DNA from: Octopus bimaculoides
Taxonomy: Eukaryota
Assembly (NCBI RefSeq): GCF_001194135.2
Contig: NC_068991.1
Coordinates: 50,357,406 to 50,397,747, forward strand
Reading direction: 5' to 3'
Length of the DNA stretch: 40,342 nucleotides
Under the pieces are notes generated by a model. It was not told where the DNA came from, made no database searches, and saw nothing but the letters and a program-made list of their open reading frames with translations. Position numbers and translations under genes: made by a program. This document shows positions 22,516-31,168 of this stretch, piece by piece. Within the stretch, counting starts at the first letter, position 1. Every line of letters begins with the position of its first letter.

Positions 22516-25500
22516 GTAGGCATGGTTTATGCATAGCCAGTCTTATTGTCTCAGCCTTCAAATCTGTATTGGTCTGGTGCAACAAGCGTCACAAGCCCAG
22601 TAATTATCAAGATGCAGGGTTTGTATGGAGTTACCTTCTCTTAGATGAGCAATTAAAGAGCTGAAGGACCTCATCTGCTCTGGGTCTGTTGCAGTGTCTG
22701 AGGGACCTTCTTCAGGAAACAATTTTGTGACAAGCTAATTAACCTAACAGGTGCTACTACTCTGGGTTAGAGTAGACCTGGGAACAATAGGGGCTAAATA
22801 TTGGTTCCAAACTCCTCAAAACACTAGAACTTCCAAACCAAGACCCTATTTCAGGACACAAGGTGGGGAGGTGTGAATTTCATAGGAATGTGAGGGGAGA
22901 TGGTTAGATGAGAAAAAAAAAACAGATTTTACTTCAACTTCACAGTTGTTATACTTATCAGTGTAAAAGGCTTTAACAAATCAATAAACAATTACTCCAA
23001 CAACATCTGTTCTACCTATATGGAACAATACATGTAAAACATCATTCATAAAAAAGAGGTAAGGTAGTGTTTTCTTCTCTTAATCTTATTCAAAACTAAA
23101 GGTGGTGAGCTAGTAGAATTGTTAGCATGCTAGACAAAAAACCTTAATGGCTCTTTGTCTTTACATTCTGGGTTCAAGTCCTGACATGGTCAACTTTCCC
23201 TTTCACTCTTTCAGGGTCAGTAAAATATGTACCAGTCAAACACTATGGTTGGTGTAATTGATTCATCTCCTCCTGCAAAATTGCTAGTCTTGTGCCAAAA
23301 AATTTGATTTGAATCTTAATCAAAACTAAAAATCTTTTTTTCTAGAATATCTCTAAGATTCTTTATCTTAATATAATCTTCTATCTTCAGGAATTGATTT
23401 TGCCTCATTAGCTGAAGTTTACCAAGAGACTGATATCTCTAAGATTCTTTATCTTAATATAATCTTCTATCTTCAGGAATTGATTTTGCCTCATTAGCAG
23501 AAGTTCACCAAGAGACTGGAGATATGGAAGTATCAAGGAGGGCTTTTGCACTTCATAAAGCTATCAAAGATTTCCAAGAAACTTGCAGTTCATTTGAAAA
23601 GGTAAATCATTGTTTTGGAATCTTCAGTTTACTTAAAATGGTTACAAATAACAATCATGGCCAACTGTGAAGAATCACAGTTTGAGAGATGGGGTGGAAA
23701 AGTGAAAAGGCTAAATGGATATAGTTTAGGCTACTTATTTCATAGGCCTTCAGTTAAAATTCACTGCATTTAATCATTGTTAAGTGGCATCCATTTGTTG
23801 AATGGTCACAGCTGGTTACCTAAAGAATCTCTTGACTGAGATTTGCAGTTGCAGTTTGTACTGGTGCTGGTAGTGTATACAGTTCAAAACCCTGTGAACT
23901 GTGCAGTAATTTTATCAAAATTCACTGCTTGTTTATACATGACAAAGATAAACTATAAACTCTTGCTGTAGGTTCTTTGACTCTTCTTCTAATTGTTGCA
24001 GTTTTATCTTCTGCTATTTCTGCCTTGCTGCAGCCTTTTTTTTTTTTTTTTGTGGTGTGTGTTGTGGGGGGGGTTGTATTTCAAATTCATTCTACATATA
24101 TTCGACAGTCTACTCTGTAAGATCGTTGGTGTTAGGAAGGGCTTCCAGCCGTAAAACCCCTACCAAAACAGATAGTGAGGCCTGGTACAGTCTTTTGCCT
24201 AGCCAACCCTTGTCAAACTGTCCAACCCATGCCAGCATGGAAAACGGATGTTAAATGATGAGGATGAGGATGAGACAATAAATCATATTTCATTCTTTTG
24301 TGTGACACTATTATTATTTTGGTGGCCAGATCTAAATGTTATTTTATTAACAGATCGTCTCTGCTAACATTTTTCATTTGTTAATTTTCGGGGTTGTTCT
24401 GCTTACATTCATCAGCCTTTTTATTATCATCTCTAGGTCGTAAGACAGCGAGCTGACAGAATTGTTAGCATGCTGGATAAGAATGATAATCACCATTTCA
24501 TCTGTCTTTACATTCTGAGTTCAAATTTTACCAAGGTCAACTTAGCCTTTAATCCTTTCAGGGTCAATAAAATAAGCACCAGTTGAACACTGAGTTCAAT
24601 GAAATCAGCTTTCCCTGAAATTGCTGGCCTTGTGCTAAAATTTGAAATCACTATTACCTCTAAGTTGTACTTCATATCTCTTTTAATTATTGTATTATTT
24701 TATTGAGCTATATATATATATATATATATATATACGCGTGTGTGTGTATGAGAGAGAGAGAGAGATAAGAAACTTAAACTAATTAATGATTGATTGAGCT
24801 CATCTAATGCAAAAATAGAAAAATATCTGATTGAAATATGAATTAAATACTTTCTACTTCTTCAGTGTCTTAAACCTGTAATCTCAGCTGTCCATGGCGC
24901 CTGTATTGGATTTGGTGTGGATCTAATAACAGCCTGTGACATGAGGTATTGTACCAAAGATGCATGGTTCCAAGTAAAAGTAAGTTACTTCTTTACAAAT
25001 ACTTAAATGTTGCTTTGATAATTGTAAGTAATCACCTTGTTAACAGTGACTAGCTACCTTGTTAATAGTGAGTAACCACCTTGCTGAGAGTGAGTGTGAC
25101 CCCCTTACTAATAGTGAGTAGTCATGTTGCTAATAGTGAGTGTAGCCACTTTGCTAAGAGTGAGTATCGGCACCTTGCTAATAGTGAGTATAGGCACCTT
25201 GCTAATAGTGAGTAGCCACCTTGTTAATGATGAGTAATCACCTTGCTAAGAGTGAGTGTAGCCACCTTGCTAAGAGTGAGTGTAGCCACCTTGCTAATAG
25301 TGAGTATAGGTACCTTCTTATAGTGAGTATAGGCACCTTGTTAATAGTGAGTAGCCACCTTGCTATGAGTGAGTAGCTACCTTACTAAGATCTGAGCTCA
25401 AGAACTATACGGCAGCAGCAGAATTCTATAAGGGAGAAAACAGGTTGGAGTTAGATTTGCCACTTGTTGGTGTAATATGTTATTGGAAGAGAGGAGCTAA

Positions 25501-28500
25501 TCATTGTGGATATTTCTCAAAATATGGCTGAAACTTCATTATTCAACTCTTTATATTTAGGCTTTCAAGGCATATTTTATTTCATGCAACTCTTTTTAAT
25601 ACATGTGCATATATACAATGATTACTACTACTATCACCACCACCACCACCATCATCATGTTTGAATATACTCTGAGATTTCTGTGCATTTATTTCCTTCA
25701 GGAAGTAGACTTTGGTCTTGCAGCTGATGTTGGTACTTTACAACGTTTACCAAGAATTATTGGCAATCAGAGCCTTGTTAGAGAACTGGCTTACACAGCA
25801 AGGTCTATAACTTCAGATGAAGCACATGATGCTGGACTTGTGAGGTTTGCATAAAGTTTTATCCCTTCATATCATGTTGTACTTGTTTTTTTTTTTCTTC
25901 CGCCTTATTTCCATAAGTATTTGATTACTGAAGGAATGCCAACCTTTCCCTTACTTCCTGACACTTGTTTTTTACCAGATCATGAGACATGTAGGCCCCT
26001 TTGAGTGATGTTCAAATGAACCTCATTACAGATGTATTACTGCATGTGTGAGAGAAAGTGTGTACAGTTGAAAGAATATGTTGAGGTATTTGTTGTTATC
26101 AGCCCTGATTAAACTGACATCTAGTTATTTCCATCCCGTCTCTTTAGGGGTATGTAGGGCTACAGTATCTAATGAACCTTAATTCTGTCATTTAAAGCAG
26201 GGGTTTTCAAACTTTTTGACTTGCGGACCCCTTTATATTTCAGGCTTTACCTTAGGGACCCCCTTATAAACGCTTATGAAATTTATACATAAATATTTGC
26301 TTAAAATAACATATATTTTTACATTTATTTATTTAACAGTATTTAACAACTAGGTTTATTGTCAATTAAAAGATTTCGATTAAAAAACATATATAAAATC
26401 AAATTGCCCGTAAAATGTATTTGCTGTCTACGGACCCCCTGTCTTGTCTTTGCGGACCCCCTGTGGTCGCGGACCACAGTTTGGAAACCCCTGATTTAAA
26501 GGAAAGCCTCTTGATTGAGAGCAGAAATTGACAGCTGAGAAACTGTTACAAAATTGCCATTTGTCTCTCGTTATATTTGTTGCTTCATCATCATCATCAT
26601 CATTTGACATCTGTTGTCCATACTGGCATGGATTAGACGGTTTGACTAGGGCTGGTAAGCTGAGGGGCTGCACCAGACTTCAGTCTGATTTCTATGGCTG
26701 GATGCCCTTCCTAATGCTAACCACTCCAAGAGTGTAATGGGTGCTTTTACGTGCCAGCTGCATGACACCAGTATCTGCCACTACTATGATTTCACTTGGC
26801 TTGATGGGTCTTCATCTCAAGCACAGTAGATCGCTAAGGGTCTCAATCATTTGTCATTGCCTCTATAAAGCCCAATGTTCAAAGGGTGCTTTTTATGTGC
26901 CACCAGCATGGGTGCTTGTTACGCAACACCGGCATCAGTCACATAACCTCCATAAGCCCAATTCTCAAATGGTGCTTTTTATGTGCCACCAACACAGGTA
27001 CCAGTTACGTGACACCAGCATTAGCCACACTGCCTCTGTGGGGCCCAACACTCAAATGGTGCTTTTTACATGCCACTAGCATGGGTGCCAGTTACACAAC
27101 ACTGGCATCAGCTTTGATTATGATTTCACTTGGTTTGATGGGTCCTCTCAAGCACAGCATATCACCAAAGGTCTCAGTCACTAGTTATTGCCTCCATGAA
27201 GCCCAACGTTTGAAGATCATGCTTCACCACTTCATCCCATGTCTTACTGGGTCTACCTCTACCACAGGTGCCCTCCACAATTAAAAATCAGCACTACTTT
27301 ACACAGTTGTCCTCGTCCCTACACATCACATGACTCTACCAGCGCAGTCATCTCTCTTGCACACCACATCTGATACTTATTATGTCCAACTCTTCTCTCA
27401 AGACGCTTACACTCAGTTGTACATGCACACTGACATTGCACATCCAGCAAAGCATACTAACTTCGTTTCTTTCAAGCCTATGCATGTCCTCAGCAGTCAC
27501 AGCCCATGTTTCACTGCTGTGTAGCATAGCTGTTTGCACACAGGCATCATACAGTCTGCCTTTCATGCTGAGGGAGATGCCTTTTGTTGCCAACAGAGGT
27601 AGGAGCTCTCTGAACTTTGTCCAGCCTATTCTTATTCTCACAGTTACGCCCTCGGAGCATCCACTTCCGCTACTGACTTGGTTACCTAAATAACAGAAGC
27701 TATCAACTACATCTAGCTTACCCCCACCCCGGACAGTCGATGGAGTCTATTTTCTGTACATTTTTAGTGTTTATTGTACCTGTACACATGTGAAGGCGCA
27801 TGGCTCAGTGGTTAGTGTCGAGCTTATGATCGTGAGATTGTGAGTTCGAACCCCGGACCGGGCTGCGTGTTGTGTTCTTGAGCAAGACATTTTATTTCAC
27901 GTTGCTCCAGTTCACTCAGCTGTAGAAATGAGTTGCGACATCACTGGTACCAAGCTGTATCAGCCTTTGCCTTTCCCTTGGATAACACTGGTGGCATGTA
28001 GAGGGGAGGCCGGTATGCATGGGCGACTACTGGTCTTCCATAAACAACCTTGCCCGGACTTGTGCCTTGGAGGGTAACTTTCTAGGTGCAGTCCCATGGT
28101 CAGTCATGATCAAAGGCGGTCTCAGCAAACACCTTCCACACACAAAAGCTATTTTCCAAGTTAATCTTCTTCTGATATTGCTTGCTTGTATATGGATAAT
28201 TATTCTTCAAATTGTAATAATGAAACTGTAAAAATGAGAGCTTGTTCATAAGTAAAACACTCAACTAATTCACAATCAACTCATTAATGTGAAAGGATTG
28301 CCATTATATTAACTACTACTATAACTTTTACTATAAAGCACCTGTGCTGGTACCACGTAAAAATTACCCAGTACACTCTAAAGTAGTTGGTGTTAGGAAG
28401 GGTATCCAACCATAGAAATCATGCCAAAATGGACAATTGGAGCCTGGTACAGCTTGCCAGCTCCTGTCAAACTGTCCAACCCATGCCAGCTTGGAAAATG

Positions 28501-31133
28501 GACATTAAATGATGATGATGTCTATTGATAAAGAAGAATATTTTATATATGTTTTTCTTGAAATCATTAAAAAATGTTAAGAAAAATGAACTTCCCTCCA
28601 ATTCAAAGATGAACAGCAACCAGGACATTTACAAATTAGTTGCTACTGTCGTTGCTATCTCTGCAATTTTCCATTTCTTTACTGAGATAAATTTATTTAA
28701 TGGAGTTAATTGCTTTTGTAATTTGAAGTCTCACTTAATTAGGTATGAGACTAACATTTTACCATTAGCTAAATAAGCTTACAAAATGTAGGATTACATG
28801 TCTTGTTCGGAAATATATTAAAATATGTCAGATCTATGTATTCGTTCAAATGATTCACTTGTTTTAACAATGTCATTACAAAATTATGGTGTGCTATCAA
28901 CCAATGAAATCTATCATCATCGTTTAACATCCGCTTTCCATTCTAGTATGGGTTGGACGATTTGACTGAGGACTGGTGAACCAGATGACTACACCAGGCT
29001 CCAATCTGATTTGGCAGAATTTCTACAGCTGGATGCTCTTCCTAACGCCAACCACTCTGAGAGTATATTGGGTGCTTTTACATGCCACCGGCACGAAGGC
29101 CAGTCACACAGTACTAGCAACGGCCTCAGGCGGTACTGGCAACGGCCATGCTCAAAATGGGTATTTTACGTACCACCTGCACAGGAGCCAGTCCAGCAGC
29201 ACTGGCAATGACCTCGCTCGAAAGTCTTTTCACGTGCCACCAGCACAAGTGCCAGTAAGGCGACGCTGGCTACGATCATGCTCAAATGGTGCTATTTACA
29301 TGCCACTGGCACAGAGGCCAGACAGCTGCTCTGGCAACGATCACACTCAGACGGTACTCTTAGTGCTCCACTGGTACAGGTGCTATCACGATTTCACTTT
29401 CATTTGCCCCAACAGGTCTTCGCAAGCGGAGTTTAGTGTCCAATGAAGGAGAGGTTGGCATGGGTGCCAGTCGCCGAATTTGGTTCAATTTCGATTTCAC
29501 TTGCCTCAACAGGTCTTTGCAAGCGGAGTTTAGTGTCCAATGAAAGAAAGGTACTCCTAAGTGGCCTGGTTACAGCCCTAGCATAGGCCATGGGTTATGG
29601 TCTCACTTGGCTTGCCGGGTCTTCTCAAGCACAGCATATTTCCAAAGGTCTTGATCACAAGTCATTGCCTCGGTGAGGCCTAATGTTCAAAGGTCGTACT
29701 TCACCACCTCATCCCAGGTCTTCCTGGGTCTACCTCTTCCATAGGTTCCCTCAACCGCTAGGATGTGGCACTTTTTCACACAACTATTCTCATCCATTCT
29801 TGCCACATAACCATACCAGCGCAATCGTCTCTCTTGCACACCACAACTGATGCTTCTTAGATTCAACTTTTCTCTCAGGGCACTTACACTCTGTCGAGTA
29901 TGCACAGTGACATTACTCATCCATCAGAGCATACTGGCTTCATTCCTTGTGAGCTTACGCATGTCCTCAGCAGTCACGGCCCATGTTTCACTGCCATGTA
30001 GCATGGCTGTTCATACACATGCATCATACAGTCTGCCTTTTGCTCTGAGTGAGAGACCCTTTGTCACCAGCAGAGGTAAGAGCTCTCTGAACTTTGCCCA
30101 GGCTATTCTCATTCTAGCAGCTACACTTTCAGTGTACCCTCCCCCACTACTAACTAGATAACGGAAGCTATCAACTATGTCTAGTTTTTCTCCCTGGAAT
30201 GTGGCAGAAGTTGTTTTCTGCACATTTTCAGTGTTTATTACTTCAGCACATCTGTCAGATGCAAAAACTAACTTCCTAGTTAGCCTTCCTTTGATATTGC
30301 TGCACCTCTTATGTGTCCATAGCTTACACTGGGTACATCTTATAGAGTTTCTACCTACGTCTTTTCTACAGATCGAGCTGGTCCATCTACCTGAAAGGGT
30401 TTGTGTTTTGTCTACCTTCCTACTTATTAGGACTTTGGTTTTAGCTAGGTTGACTCTAAGGCCCTTCGATTCTTGTTCTTGCTTCCACACCTGAAACTTC
30501 TCCTCTAGTTCTGATAGTGACTCAGCAATTAGTGCAAGGTCATCAACATAGAGGAGCTCCCAGGGGCATCCTGTCTTGAATTCCTGTGTTATTGCCTGAA
30601 GGACTATGATAAATAGGAGGGCGCTGAGGACTGAACCTTGGTGGATCCCTACCCAGAATTCTTCACTGTACTCATTGTCAACTCTCACCTTACTGACAGT
30701 GTCTCTGTACATGGCTCGCACAGCTCTCACTAACCATTCTTCTATCCCTAGTCTCCTCATTGACCACCAGATAAGGGATTGGGGGACCCTGTCAAAAGCT
30801 TTCTCCATGTCAATGAAAGCCAGGTACAGAGGTTTATCTTTGGCTGATTACTCATTGAAAAGTTGTTTCTGTTTCATTTTGTTTGTTTTGATATGTTACC
30901 TTGGTAAAACCTTTTATAAATTAAATGCATTAAAAGATTTAATTACAAAATTACTTCAATTTTATGCAGCCGTGTTTTTGATGACAAAGAACAACTGATG
31001 AAAGCTGTCCTTGATACTGCGTCAGTCATAGCCAGGAAAAGCCCAGTTGCCATCCAAACTACAAAGAAGAATTTACTGTATTCCCAAGACCATTCAGTCC
31101 AAGATGGTTTGGATAACATTGTAAGTCTATTTT

Positions 31134-31168
<35 letters not shown>

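Noticed and set aside
25024-25390. CRISPR-like array
   Set aside because: Units are contiguous near-identical repeats with no unique spacers, there are no cas genes, and the context is a eukaryotic intron.
27792-27860. tRNA genes here, at 18950-19020 and at 36960-37028
   Set aside because: A and B boxes are present, but I could not form a full cloverleaf with acceptor stem, and each runs into a SINE body. These are SINE heads.
30011-30808. Functional reverse transcriptase or retron-like system
   Set aside because: It is a 5'-truncated, frameshifted RTE copy with YVDD in place of YADD and no endonuclease domain; an ordinary dead LINE.
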